This document shows positions 12,260 to 25,104 of a stretch of 64,000 nucleotides of DNA, in pieces. A program made the translations under genes and the position numbers. The stretch lies in contig NC_057749.1 in assembly GCF_004010195.1 (NCBI RefSeq), positions 22,949,886 to 23,013,885 on the forward strand, in the 5' to 3' direction. How positions within the stretch are numbered: the stretch's first letter is position 1; the number at the start of each line of letters is the position of its first letter. Source of the DNA: Chiloscyllium plagiosum. Taxonomy: Eukaryota. Below the pieces are notes generated by a model. It ran no database searches. It was given only the letters and a program-made list of their open reading frames with translations, and was not told the DNA's origin.

Positions 12260-12540
12260 NNNNNNNNNNNNNNNNNNNNNNNNNNNNNNNNNNNNNNNNN
12301 NNNNNNNNNNNNNNNNNNNNNNNNNNNNNNNNNNNNNNNNNNNNNNNNNNNNNNNNNNNNNNNNNNNNNNNNNNNNNNNNNNNNNNNNNNNNNNNNNNNN
12401 NNNNNNNNNNNNNNNNNNNNNNNNNNNNNNNNNNNNNNNNNNNNNNNNNNNNNNNNNNNNNNNNNNNNNNNNNNNNNNNNNNNNNNNNNNNNNNNNNNNN
12501 NNNNNNNNNNNNNNNNNNNNNNNNNNNNNNNNNNNNNNNN
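12260..12540. other. assembly gap (281 N)
   Basis: Run of N flanked by GA repeats. Confidence 1.
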
Positions 12541-12720
12541 AGAGAGAGAGGGGGGAGGGAGAGGGTGGTGGGGGGCAGGGGGGTTGAGGGAGAGAGAGAG
12601 GGGCCGATAGAGAGAAGGGGGAATAGAGGGAGATTGAGAAGGGGGGAGAGGGGGGGAGAGAGAGAGAGAGAGGAGGGGATAGAGGGAGAGGGAGAGGGAG
12701 AGAGAGAGAGAGAGAGGGGG
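12541..12720 (+). repeat. polypurine (GA/G-rich) low-complexity tract
   Basis: Almost exclusively A and G; continues across the gap from 12244. Confidence 0.95.
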
Positions 12721-13357
12721 TATATGTCCATCTTTAATGTTTCTACAGGAATAAAGGTAAGCAGAATTCCTTTAGAAAAGCATGGGGCATATGTGGATTT
12801 AGTGCTCATCAGTCACTGTCTACAGTAGTTAAGAATCGATCCGTCATAGTGTCACTGGCAATGCTTATGACAGACTTTCAACTAACTAGCTTCAGTAGTA
12901 ACAGTGAACCTTTTAATGTTTTTTCTCTTAAAACGTAAGGTGTTAATTAACTCAATTTTCCTTTAAGGGTGGATAGTGGTGAAGCGAGGAAAGTTAATGA
13001 GTGTAATAACAAGGCCAGACATTCTGGTAAATTAGTAGCATATGCTCTTTGCTGTAATTCTGCTACCTTGTTTATTATTTGTCATTCTAATCTGAGGCAC
13101 GCACGTCAACCACACAATGACTCCTGGAAACAGTAATCGTTGTTTAAACACTTGGTACAATCCCTCACTTGCTGTGGACACAGGTTGGTTGGCAGTGCCA
13201 CGCTAAGGATGGTCGAACTGTGGCTCAGTGTTTGGTTGCACTGCAATAGGAGAAACACATTCCGAGAGGTGACTGCAGATTTAATGCAGTAATTTAGTTT
13301 CTTCCACCACAAGAACAGCAGTGACTAAACACATTTCTCACAAGCAAGTACAGCTTC

Positions 13358-13520
13358 TAACAACAGCAATTTGCATTCATGTAGTGCCTTTAGCTTTGTT
13401 AATACATAAGGCATTTTCACACGAAGTGTAATTGGACAAAACATTTCTACCAGGCCAAAGGAAGAGATGACTGAAAGGCTTGATTAATCGGATCAATCTT
13501 TAAGGAGAGTCTGAAAAGAC
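13358..13520 (-). mobile_element. L2-like LINE 3' tail, old
   Basis: aacaacagcaatttgcatt.atgtagtgcctt; related to 48700-48860 and 61330-61790. Confidence 0.5.
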
Positions 13521-14404
13521 CAGTGGACAAGCGATAATGGAACAAAGAGGGTGAATTAATAAAAAACAGTATTTGTTTTAAACAATTTCATTGACTGCTT
13601 ATGTTAAAAAAAAAGATTAAAATAGAAGTTTGTTTAATTATTTCGGACAATTGGATATATTTCAATATTGATGAAACAATATAATCCATCTTTATCTGGC
13701 AACCACATCTGATTCTCAAAACTGGAGATACAATTTTGGATTTCACTCCTTATTCACTCCCCCAAGACTTACTCCCATGTAGGAAACTGGGAAGTGTACT
13801 CTTCGGAAAAAGCTGGAAGTGGAAAATTATTAAAATACAGCAGCAGCATTTTCCCAGCCATTGCCACCTGCCTTTTATGTAAACAGTGCTGCTGTTGGAA
13901 GTTGATGAGGAATTCTCCAGGATTTAGGTTTTAATCCATTCCTGACTGAGGTCCAAGTGAATGCTATTCCCATTAGATTAATTGCTGGGAAAACTCTATT
14001 GAACCACAGAAGTGAAGAAAGGTTTTCTTAGTGAAACTGAAAGGTTCTACTCAGCCCTTGTGAACACAAGGAAATTCCCAGAACCTTCCTCTCACTTCAG
14101 CATTGAGACTCTTGTAAAATCACCCCCTCCCAAGCTCTCCTTGAAGTTGGCAGTCTTGTCTCTCCATGCCAGCAGTGTAATTTCAGACCAGCATTCTGTC
14201 AGCCATTCCATTCAAGATGGGCAAGTGACTGAGTGGCAACTTTCACGTGAGGACTGCCAATGAGAATCCAATGGGCCTCCAGCTCAGCACCAGGAGTTAA
14301 AATCAGGCTGAACCACATTGCCAATCTGCAGCCAAACTTATTAGAATATGGAGCTGCTGTAAAAATCTTATTCCAAGTCACAGAAGAGTACATACATATT
14401 ATAA

Positions 14405-14635
14405 AGATACCATAATCCTACTGAACTATAGGGCTGCTCTCTCATTAGAGTGGGAGAGAGAGAGAGACATGACTGCTGGTAGTTTATTCTAAGGATCCGA
14501 AACCTTAGGTGAGGGGAGAAGCTGAGAAGGAGAGTCCTTCATAATAATCTCTTGAGTACAGGAATTGGACCCATGGTGTTGGTATCATACTGCGCTGCAA
14601 GCCAGCCATCCACCCAACTAAGCTAACTAGCCTCC
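14405..14635 (-). mobile_element. tRNA-derived SINE with internal (GA)n (second copy at 33293-33993)
   Basis: Minus-strand head ttagcttagttgg...gggtccaattcc; matches the 33293 copy. Confidence 0.65.
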
Positions 14636-14789
14636 AGGGTTGTGGGCCAAGAGCTATAAAATGAGATTACTGTATTAGGATCTTTGTTGATGATATGGAC
14701 ACACTAAGCTGAATGGCTTCCCGCTGTTGCTGTAAACGTTGATGATTACGTTATGTATATTGGACCAGGAGGAGGAGGAGGCCATTCCA

Positions 14790-15082
14790 GGCGGCACAGT
14801 GGCTCAGTAGTTTGCACTGCTTCACAGCATCAGGGACCAGGTTCGATTCCTGCCTCAGGCGACTCTGTGTGGAGTTTGTACATTCTCCCCGTGTCTGTGT
14901 GGGTTTGCTCCAGTTTCTTCCCACAATCCAAAGGTTAGGTGGACTGACCTTGGGAAATTGCCTACAGTTTTCAAGGATGTGCAGGCTAGGTGGATTAGCC
15001 ATGGGAAATACAGGGTCTGGGTGGGATGGTTGATGTGGACTTGATGAGCCAAATGGTCTGCTTCCACACTGTAGGGATTGTA
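14790..15082 (+). mobile_element. HE1-like SINE variant
   Basis: ggcggcacagtggctcagtag...ggttcgattcc head; V-domain. Confidence 0.85.
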
Positions 15083-15084
15083 TA

Positions 15085-15890
15085 ACACAATGATCAGCCC
15101 ATTGAGCCTGATCTGTCAATCATCACAATTGTGACCGAAAATTCATTTCAATGCCTTTTTTCCCACACTAACCCCATTTCCCTTCATGTTACTAATATTT
15201 AGAAATGTCTCAATTTCTACTTAAAACGTACTCAATGAATGAGCTTCCACAGCCCTAGGGGGTATAAAATTCCAAAGATTTGCAACTCTACAAGTCAAAA
15301 AAGGAATCTCCTCACCTTGACTGGAAGCAACAAATGCTGGAAATCATAGTGGGTCAGGCAGCATCCAGAGGGAGAGAGGAAGCTAACGTTTTGAGTCTAA
15401 AAGTGTTATCTGGCCTGGAAATGTTAGCTTGCTCTCTCTCCACAGATGCTGCCTGATTTGCTGTGATCTCCAGTATTTGTTGTTTCCAGTACTGATTCCA
15501 GCATCTGCAGTAATCTGCTCCTCATCTCCCTCATTTTGAAATTGTGTCCCCTGGTTGTAGATTCCTCAGCAAGGGAGACATCTTACCTGCATCTACCCTG
15601 TCCACCTACATGCAAATATTCTGTAGGTTTCAATGAGATCTCCTGTCACTTTTTGAACGTCTAGAAAATACATGGTTAGATTTACGAATTTCTCCTCATA
15701 AGATAGATTATCCTGCCACCCCATGGAACATTCAGGTGAACATGCATTTCACATGCTCTGTATCATTAGTTTTTTCCTGAGGTAAGTAAACCAAACTAGA
15801 CACTGATCCAATAGAATGTAGCCAAGGTTAGTTGAAGCAAAGTTTGATTACTTCTGTACTTGCAATAAATAGCATTCCTAGTCGCTTGCT
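15085..15890 (-). mobile_element. old CR1 fragment with nested PLE fold-back tail (15320-15525)
   Basis: CR1 3' sequence; nested inverted pair gctggaaatca...cagcatc / gatgctg...ccagcatctgcag. Confidence 0.65.
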
Positions 15891-16249
15891 GGAAATATTT
15901 TTAAAACATTTCTTGTTGTTTTAGTGCCCAACGGGAGAGAGGCAGGACTCATTGCAAAGTACAAATCAAGCAGTTTACCCTAACCCTGCTTCACCCACTG
16001 ATATGGTGACAACAATCACTACATTTACCTGCTGGGCCTGATTAATAAGCTGCAGCACTTGATAAAACACATAGGCAAGTAGAAACCTCAGCGGAAAATC
16101 ATTTCAAGACGTTTTCCAACTGGTGAACCCATAGATTCCCATTCTGTAAACATACTTTGTCAGATGGAGTCCAGCAATCTAGAAAGTCATTCAAGTGGGT
16201 AGGAGTTGTTTGTGCTGTTTCAGAGATTCCTTGGTTCCAGAACCTGCGT

Positions 16250-16748
16250 CTCTGCACTCACCTGTCCAAGTTGACATTACAGTCAAGAAAGCACATCAAT
16301 GCTTCTTCTACTTCCTCAGGAAATCTGACATGTCCATAAAGAATCTTACCATTTTTTATAGATGCACTATAGAAAGCAGTGGATCCGCAATCATCACAGC
16401 TTGGTATGGCAACTGCTCTGCCCGGGACCATAAGAAACTACAGAGAGGTGTGAACACAGCCCAGTCCAACACACAAGTCAACCTTCCGTCCATTGACTCC
16501 ATTCCCATTGTCTCAGGAAAGCAGCCAACATCATCAAAGATCCGTCCCACCCTGGTTATACTCTCTTCCAAACTCATCTGCAAGATACAAAAGCTTAAAT
16601 ACACTTTCCAACAGATTCAAGCACAGCTTCTTCCCCACTGTTATTAGACTTCAGAATGGACCTCCCAAATCTTTTAATTTAATGTTGATTTTGCTCTTTG
16701 TGCACCTTCTCTGCAGCCATAACATTGTATTCCTTGCTCTGTTCTGTT
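16250..16748 (+). mobile_element. Rex1/Babar-like LINE RT C-terminus
   Basis: KKAHQCFFYFLRK..FYRCTIESS..ITAWYGNCSARDHKKLQR. Confidence 0.85.
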
Positions 16749-16749
16749 A

Positions 16750-17752
16750 CCATAAAACAAAGGAGCAGAAAATAGACCATTCAGCCCATCAAGTCTGCTC
16801 CGCCATTCAGTCATGGCTGATATGTTTCTCAACCCCATTCTCCCGCCTTCTCCCCATAACCCTTGATCTCCTTGACAATCAAGAACCCATCTATCTCAGT
16901 CTTAAGTATACTCAATGACTTGGCCTCCACAGCCTTCTGTTGCAATGAATTCCATAGATTCACCACGCTCTGGCTGAAGATGTTTCTACTTATCTCCATT
17001 TTAAAAGGTCTTCCCTTTACCTCCTAAGGCTATGCCCTCGGGTCCCAGTCTCTCCTACCAATGAAAACATCTTCCCAACATCTACTCTGTCCAGGCCATT
17101 CAGTATTCTCTATGTTTCAATTGGATCCTCCTCATCCTTTTAAAGTTCATCCAATATAGACCCAGAGTCCTCAAATGTTCCTCATATATTCAGTTTTTCA
17201 CTCCTGGGATCATTCTCATGAGCCTCCTCTGAATACACTCTCGGGCCAATACATCCTTCCTGAAATATGGGGCCCAAAACTGTGCACAATATTCCAAATG
17301 TAGACTAACCAGAGCCTCACAGAGTTTCAGAAGTACTTCCCTGGTTTTATATTCAAGCCCTTTCAAAATAAATAACATCATTGCATTTGCCTTCCTAACC
17401 ACTAACTCAACCTGTAAGTTTGCCTTGAGAGAGTCCTGGACTAGAACTCCCAACTCTCTTTGCTCTTCAGACTTTTGAATTTTCTCCCCATTTAGAAAAT
17501 AGTCCATAGTTCTACTGTTCCTATCAAAGTTCGTGACCTTACACTTTCCCACGTTATACTCCATCTGCCACTTCTTTGCTCACTCTCCTAACCTGTCCAA
17601 ATCCTTCTACAGTCTCCCTGCCTCCTCAATGCTACCTGTCCCTCTACCTATCTTTGTATAGTCTGCAAACTTAGCCAGAATACCCTCAGTTCCTTCATTT
17701 AGATCATTATGCATAAAGTGAAAAATTGTGGTCCCAACATTGAGCCTTGCAA
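16750..17752 (-). mobile_element. CR1 LINE fragment
   Basis: ORF 17190-17564 MEYNVGKC...HLEYCAQFWAP. Confidence 0.9.
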
Positions 17753-18014
17753 ACTACCCTAACACATTTTGTATGGTATGATCTGCCTGTACTGCATGCA
17801 AAACAAAACTTTTCACTGTATCCAGATGCATGTGACAAAAATAAATCAAATCAAAAATCACACCAAATCCTGTCCTTTGGCATTCTTTAGCTTTAAGATC
17901 CTTCCAACGTCCTATAATTGAAAGTTTAGTCATTTCACCCAAACATTATCTTCTTTGGCTCTCGGTTTATATTTCCCCCATTACACCTCCAACCCACCCA
18001 TGGCTTCTTAAAAA

Positions 18015-18430
18015 TATTCTGGATAGGCTGGGACATTTTTCACCGGAGAATAGAAGGCTGAGGACTGATCTTAAGGAGGTTTGTAAAATCACAAGGGGCA
18101 GAGATAAGGTGGATAGCCAAGGACCTTTCCCTAGGGTGGGGGAGTTCAAAACTAGGGGGCATATTTTTAAGATGGCAGGAGAAAGATTTAAAAGAGACAT
18201 GAGGGGCAACTTTTTTCACACAGACAGTAGCCCGTATGTGGAATTAACTGCCAGAGGAAGTGGAACTGCAGGCGCAGTTGCATTATTTAAAAGACATTTG
18301 GATGGGTTCATGAATAGGAAAGATTTAGAGGTATATAGGCTAAACGCAGTCAAGTGGGACTGATTTAGTTGGGAAACTTGGTCGGCATGGACGAGTTGGA
18401 CTGAAGGGTCTGTTTCCATGCTGTATGACA
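18015..18430 (+). mobile_element. CR1 LINE 3' end
   Basis: TRGHIFK..GERFKRDMRGNFF. Confidence 0.85.
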
Positions 18431-19334
18431 GTACAAACTGTTTTAAAAATAACTGGTTTAATTTACATTGTGAATTGTGATGGGATGTGCAATTTCAAAG
18501 CTTGTATACTTTGACAGGAAAGGGACATTAAATAGGTAAACTGAGAAAGCACACAAAAACAAAGTGCTGAAGAAACTCAACATGTCTGGCAGCATCGGTG
18601 AAGAGAAAAACAAGGTTAATGTTTCAAGTCTCCCCTTTGGTAAAGAAAATAGAGATAGTATTAGTCTTAAAAGGAGAGGAGCAGAAATTCTTCATGGGGA
18701 TGTCATAGTTTTGAAGGACTTTGTGACTGAGATTGATGACATGTAAGTTGAGAGAATTGCTGGAGCCAATTTGCAAGATCTATTTTAATTTTATATGCCT
18801 TTTAATTTGGACTGTACAATTGACCGCAATTTGCCTATCAATTCATGTCAACTTTTACCAGCTTATGTCAACCCTGGGTTTTCGGAAAATAGATGGTTAT
18901 CAAAAATAGCATTTTGTGTTTGCTTTGTTTCTTAAACTCTTTCCGTTTAGAATGTAATATCTTATGGCTTCTTTCTCTCAGTAAATAAATGGGTTTTCAC
19001 ATTTTTTGACCTTTAAAATAAATTGGTGACTGGTCTTGACCAACAGCATAATAAAATTGTGAGATTTTGAATCCACAAATGGTGCTAGAATTCACTACAG
19101 TTTAGACTAATTGGATTTCATGGTGAATTTTACTGGTATCTATCGAAAAGCAGAGTGACTTTGTTACTTGCTGAGTCTTTTCCTTGAGAGGAGATTTATT
19201 CCTGAGTGGCTTGCAACTATTGATGAAGGTTAGGTTACTAACATTAGCATGAAAGCTGAAGGTAGAGTTAACAGCAAGGATTAAAAACACAGTTGTACCT
19301 GAGGTGACAGCACAAAATATTGAATTGGAGAAGT

Positions 19335-19805
19335 AGAGGTTTGGAAAATCATGAGGGGTATAGATAGAGTTAATGGTAGATTTCTTCTCCCTGGGATGGG
19401 GGATTTCAAGACTCATGGGGCACATTTTAAAGGTGAGAGCACAAAGATTTTAAAAAGACATGAGGGACAAATGTTTTATACAAAGGGTGGTTTGCATGTG
19501 GAATGAACTTCCTGAGGAAGTGATGGATGTGGGTACAGTTACAATGTTTAAGATAAGGACATGAACCCTTCTTTCTCCTGAAGAAGGGCTTATGCCTGAA
19601 ACATCGATTCGCCTGTTCCCTGGGTGCTGCCTGACCTGCTGCGCTGTTCCAGCAACACATTTTCAGCTAAGGACATGAACAGGAAAGGTTTGGAGGGATA
19701 TGGTGCAGGAGCAGGTAGGTGGGACTTGTTTAGCTTGGGATTATGTTCAGCATGGATTGTTTGGACCGAAGGGTCTGTTTCTGTGCTGTACGACTCGATG
19801 ACCCT
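19335..19805 (+). mobile_element. CR1 3' end with nested PLE hammerhead tail (19567-19667)
   Basis: The nested insert is flanked by the 13-bp TSD TAAGGACATGAAC. Confidence 0.85.
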
Positions 19806-20017
19806 AAGTGAAGCCTGATCCAGATAATTTACAGATTGAGTTCACTCAGATTCAGTTACAGGTGAAGGAACTTGATCTAAAAGAAGGGGAAACAGAACAA
19901 GGAAGAAAAACAAAAAAGCCTGCACTAGATAAAGCAGGAAAAGCAATAATAAGAGAGTTGTGAAAACTTGCAGGTAAATATGTAAGCAACTATGGACTAA
20001 AAAGAGAAAGGTTTTGG

Positions 20018-20318
20018 GGGCAACATGGTGGCTCACTGGTTAGCACTGCTGCCTCAGAACACCAGGGTCCCAGGTTCAATTCCAGCCTTGGGTGACTGTC
20101 TGTGTGGAGTTTGCACATTCTCCCCGTGTCTGTGTGGTTTTCCTCCGGGTGCTCCGGTTTCCTCCCACAGTCCAAAGATGTGCAAGTCAGGTGAATTGGC
20201 CATGTTAAATTGCCCATAGTGTAGGGTGCATTAGGCACAGGGGGGTGGGTTGCTCTTCAGAGGGTCAGTGTTGACTTGTTGGGCCGAAGGGCCTGTTTGC
20301 ACATGTAGCAAATCTAAT
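20018..20318 (+). mobile_element. HE1-like SINE
   Basis: Head, V-domain and tail aatctaatc. Confidence 0.9.
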
Positions 20319-20319
20319 C

Positions 20320-20690
20320 CTACTGATAACATGGCAACCAGAACTGTATGCAATACTCCAAGTGCAGCCGCACCAGAGTTTTGTACAGCTGCGACATGAC
20401 CTCATGGCTCCGAAACTCAATCCCTCTACCAATAAAGTGAACACACCATATGCTTCCTTAACAAGCCCATCAACCTGGGTGGCAACTTTCAGGGATCTAT
20501 GCACATGGACACCAAGATCTCTCTGCTCATCCACACTATCAAGAATCTTATCATTAGTCCAGTACTCTGTATTCCTATTACTCCTTCCAAAGTGAATCAC
20601 CTCACACTTTTCCGCATTAAACTCCATTTGCTACCTCTCAGCCCAGCTCTGCAGCTTATCTATGTCCTTCTGTAACCTGCAACATCCATC
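20320..20690 (-). mobile_element. CR1 LINE fragment
   Basis: MEFNAEKCEVIHFGRSN...EQRDLGVHVH. Confidence 0.9.
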
Positions 20691-20694
20691 AACT

Positions 20695-21770
20695 GGGCTT
20701 GGACAGGAACTTGCACGTGATGGTATCTCTATGTATCTGCTGCCCTTGTCCTTCGAAATGGAAGTGGTCGTGGGTTTGGAAGCTGCTACCTAAGAATCTT
20801 TGGTGAATTTTTGCAGTGCATCTTGGATATAGTACACTTGCTACTGTGCCTCAGTGGTGGAGGGATGAATATTTGTGGGTGTGGTGCCAATCAAGAGGGC
20901 TGTATTGCATGGTGGCAGAAGTCGGGGTACTGCAGATGCTAGAGATTAGAGTCAAGAATAGAGTGGTGCTGGAAAGCACAGCAGGTCAGGCAGCATCCGA
21001 GGAGCAGGAAAATCGACGTTTTGGGCAAAAGCCCTTCATCAGGAATGAGGTATTGGATGGTGTCAAGTGTCTTGAGTGTGGCTAGAGCTGTACCCATCCA
21101 GGCAAGTGGGAGTATTCCATCAGAGTTGGAATCCAACTCTGAGGGAAGTATCAGAGTATTCCATCAGACTTGAGCCACCGGTTAGTCAAAGTCTGGATAT
21201 TGTCCAGATCTTGATCTAATTGAACATGGACTGTTTCAGTTTTTAAAAAATTGCAAATGGTGCTGAACATTGTGCAATCATCGGAGAACATCCCCACTTC
21301 TCACCTTATAATGGAAGGAAGGTCATCGATGAAGCAGCTGAAGATGGCTGAAGGACACTACCCTGAGGAACTCTTGTTGAGATGTCCCGCAGCTGAAAAT
21401 GTCTGACCTTCAACAACTACAAATATCTTCCTACCTGCCAGGTATGACTCTACCCAGCAGAGAGTTTGTCCCCAATACCCATTGATTCCAATTTTGCTAG
21501 GGCTCCTTGATGCAACACTCAGTCAAATGTAGCCTTGACGTCAAAAGCTATCACTCTCATCTCACCTCTGGAATTCAACTGTTCTGCCATGTTTGAACCA
21601 AGGCTGTAAAGAGGGCAGGAGCTGAGTGGCCTTGGTGGAACCCAAACTGAGTGTCATTGTGGAGTGAATTGAATAGTCTACAGACTGGTATCTGTGATGC
21701 TGGGCACCACTGGAGGAGGTCGAAATGGATCATCTATTTAGGAGTCTGGAAGAAGATTGCTGCGAATGCT
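20695..21770 (-). mobile_element. family-B CR1/L2-group LINE with nested PLE tail (20915-21049)
   Basis: LPLAWMGTALATLKTLDTIQ; nested insert flanked by GTATTG(C/G)ATGGTG. Confidence 0.75.
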
Positions 21771-21789
21771 TTTACATTGATATTATATT

Positions 21790-22082
21790 AGCGTCCTTAC
21801 AGTGTGGAAACTGGCTGTTTGGCCCAACAAGTCCACGCTGACCCTCCAAAGAGCAACCCACCCAGACCCATTCCCCTACACCTAACACTATGGACAATTT
21901 AGCATGGGCAATTCACCTGACCTGCACATCTTTGGACTGTGGGAGGAAACCGAAGCATCCAGAGGAAACCCACGCAGACACAGGGAGAATGTGCAAACTC
22001 CACACAGACAGTTACCCGAGGATGGAATCAAACGCGGGTCCCTGGCTCTGTGAGGCAGCGGTGCTAACCACTGAGCCACGTA
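21790..22082 (-). mobile_element. HE1-like SINE
   Basis: Typical body. Confidence 0.9.
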
Positions 22083-22729
22083 CGTTGGGCTTATCCATCA
22101 TTGAATACTTTTGTCTTTTGGATGTATAGCCGAAGGCCCATTGTTTTATAAGTCTCAGTGATGAAGGTTTGGAGCTCCATCTTTGACTGGGTACACACAA
22201 AGGTATCATCTGAAGCTCAATGACAGAGCTTGGGGTAGTCTTGGATCTGGAATTGTGGCAACGTTAAGTTGAGCAATTTTCCACTCACGTTCCAGAGACA
22301 CTCCACTCCTGAGGGGGCTTGAAGTGCGAAGTTTCATGGAGGTGGGCTGGAGTGTTGCAGTGTGGAGGTCAGAGAATAGTGTTGGTAGCGATGACACAGC
22401 CTTGCTTGACCCAATCGCACTCGTTTTGGGGGTTTATGGTGGAACTGTTGGTGAGGATGGTGGCTTGCTTGTCGTTGTTCAACAAGCAGAAGACAGTGAC
22501 AAATTTTTATTGGCAGTTAAATTTGTGGAGCACATTCCATAACCCACGCTGGTTTACAGTGTTAACCTTCTTTGCAAGGTCATGGAAGGCCATGTTTTGA
22601 GTTTGCAAGTGCACTCTCTCCATTTTCCTGGGACCTGTCTTTCTGTGAAGATTGTGCCCATTGTGTCTTGATGGATGGAATCAACACTGTAACTCTGGGA
22701 GCAGCTCTTCAACCACTGGTCAGAGCATG

Positions 22730-22945
22730 ACAGTCATAGACCTGTACAGCACAAAAACAGACCCTTCAGTCCAACTCATCCGTGCCGACCAGATATCCTA
22801 ACCTAATCTTAGTCCCATTTTCCAGCACTTGGCCCATGTCCCTCTAAAACCTTCCTATTCATATACCCATTCAGATGCCTTTTAAATGTTGTAATTATGC
22901 CAATCTCCAGCACTTCCTCTGGCAGCTCATTCTGTACACACACAT
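22730..22945 (-). mobile_element. CR1 3' tail nested in the RTE
   Basis: cagtcataga...acagacccttcagtccaac. Confidence 0.85.
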
Positions 22946-24153
22946 GCTCTCCACCTTCCAGGTGGGAGAAATGAGGTCATATATTTTTGCGGCAAACACT
23001 TCTCTGCCTTACTTCAGTACTTTGGCACAGATTAAGTCTGTACTGGTGACCTTGATGGATTTCAGCTCTTGGGATGGCCTCGTAAATTTCTTGTTGGGCT
23101 GGTGTTGTGCTGTGATGGTGGTAGCTACAATAATATCCTTTATTTATTAATGGGATGAGAATATCACTGGCTAGGCTAGAATTTATTGCCCATCCCTAAT
23201 TGCCCAGAGGGCAGTTTAGAGTCAACCACATTGAGATAAGCTTAAAGGCATTCACATCAAGAACTAATTCTTAGTTCTCAGTGGATCAAGTCCTTGGATT
23301 ATAGGTGGTCTTGAGTGTGCTGGGGAAAGCCCACACGTTTTGGCTGTCAGTGGATAGTGGTTTTCTCTGCTCTTTCCACTCATTATCTGTTTTTTTTTCA
23401 GATCCAGGTGCTTTTGTTGGACGTTAGCCTTCATTTGTCTGCGGATCTGCCTTCTTTCCAGTCTCGGTGATGTTTCAACTTGACCTTGCGAGTTCAGAGC
23501 TCTCCGATCTCCTGATTCTTAGTGTTGCCTGGTGCAGAAACCAAGAGTTTCCGCTCAAGCGTTGTTGATGATGGATTTAAGGGCAGAGCACAGGCTGTGG
23601 ACATTCTATGGCTCCTGTTCGTTGAACTTCATCAACTTGACAGTGATACACTGACTGAGTAGGTCTTTCATCCCAGAGTCTTTGAGTCCATAGACATTGA
23701 ATTTCCTGAGGCAGATCTGACTTGGCCAAACAGGTGCCAGTATTTGAAGTAAGGGTGGCTTATATTTGTCTCTCTAATGAAATAGGGTGGTTGCTATGAC
23801 CCGACCACATTCAAGGCTTTTGGCCTGAGGAGGACGCCATTAATATTTTCTTTCCGAACACTTCCTTGGTCAATCACACCTTTCCACACGTTTCTATGGT
23901 GAGTCACCAAGGAGAATCAATTTCTCTCCCTTTCGGACACATGACAGTGACTGACCAAGGGGGAAGTCGGATGCCTTGTTGGTCTCATCAATACTTCAAG
24001 AGTTGAGGCTGGCCCACTGCTTCTGTGTTAGAGTCATGAGGCACTAATTTATCCCACAAGGGGCTTGCAGAGATTAGACAACTCTTTTTTTTGTATGGCT
24101 AAGACAACCCCATGGAGTCACTGCTGTTCTTCGAGCTTACCTTGCCAGAAGAA

Positions 24154-24346
24154 TGATGTGAAGGTGCTGGTGTTGGGCTGGGGTGGACAAAGTTAGAAAT
24201 CACACAACAGCAGGTTATAGTCCAACAGGTTTATTTTGAAGCACTAGCTTTCAGAGCACTGCTCCTTCATCAGGTAGCTAACTAGCTAGCACTTCCAAAT
24301 AAACCTGTTGGACTATAAGCTGGTGGTGCATGATTTTTAACTTATT
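24154..24346. mobile_element. fold-back PLE-end element (GGAGC-stem hammerhead family)
   Basis: Inverted arms aaatcacacaac..ggttatagtccaacaggtttatt / aataaacctgttggactataa..; TSD CCAGAAGAA. Confidence 0.8.
24242..24276 (-). ncRNA. minimal hammerhead motif
   Basis: UAC-CUGAUGA-A-GGAGC-AGU-GCUCU-GAAA-GC-UA-GUG. Confidence 0.7.
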
Positions 24347-24522
24347 CCAGAAGAAGGTATATCTACCACCTTGTTCTTTGAACTGTTGCTCACTTCTTTT
24401 AGATATCTTATCCTTCACTCTACAGGTGAAGCAAACTGTTTCACACTGCTACGATATAGGAGCAACACCAGCCATGCTCCCCAATAACACAATACTACTG
24501 ACCAGCCAAACTGCCATTCACA

Positions 24523-25094
24523 CAAATGGGTAATGTGATAGAGGAATTTTAGTCCCATCACCAAGTCAGCCTTTTTTTACACATGCACAGTACTTGACAC
24601 TGGCCTGGTGTCCTCAGAGCCAGCTCTTAGAGTGAACAGAACCTCTGACAGTTGTCTTTATAATATTTTATTAAACAAATTACAAAACAGTTTACAAAAA
24701 AAAACAGCTAACGTTTACAGCTGTATACAAACAAGCAATTTTACAAGGGAGAGGAGGAGCAAAGCTAGGCCCCAAACCCTACCGCTCAACCAGTTTACAG
24801 GGAGATGAGGACAAACCTCAAATCCCAGTTCCACATACAAAAGACACCGACAATGACATTTGTACATAAAAAGCTAATCCGATTACATAAACAGTGCATA
24901 CAATACAGACCCAGCAAGCCCCCGTCCCTCCCACCTTCCGGCCACTCTAAGGCAGCCCGCCCCTACACACCTTCCGGCTACAGTTGTCTTTATATCTGTC
25001 AGCCAGGGCTCCCTGATTGGACCAGGTTAACGCCCCAATCAGGGAAATCATATTCTATGAGGCCCACCTGGTTGACCTCACTGCAATCACTACA
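24523..25094 (-). mobile_element. solo-LTR-like element carrying a 317-bp insert
   Basis: Minus strand starts TGTAGTGATTGCAG and ends ...TATCACA; related to 3425-3656. Confidence 0.55.
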
Positions 25095-25104
25095 TCAGAT
25101 ATAA

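Larger units (their letters stand above)
22130..24500 (-). mobile_element. decayed RTE-clade LINE (APE + RT), with several nested insertions
   Basis: Minus-strand translations QFKEQGGRYTFFWQGK, KGEKLILLGD (APE) and MAFHDLAKKVNTVN, GLWNVLHKFNC, VKQGCVIA (RT). Confidence 0.8.

Noticed and set aside
12165..12828. Long ORFs across the gap
   Set aside because: Artefact of N bases and GA low-complexity sequence.
24154..24346. DNA-transposon MITE interpretation of the palindromes
   Set aside because: Variable 9-14 bp TSDs, unequal arms and hammerhead-bearing PLE-like ends fit retrotransposition better.
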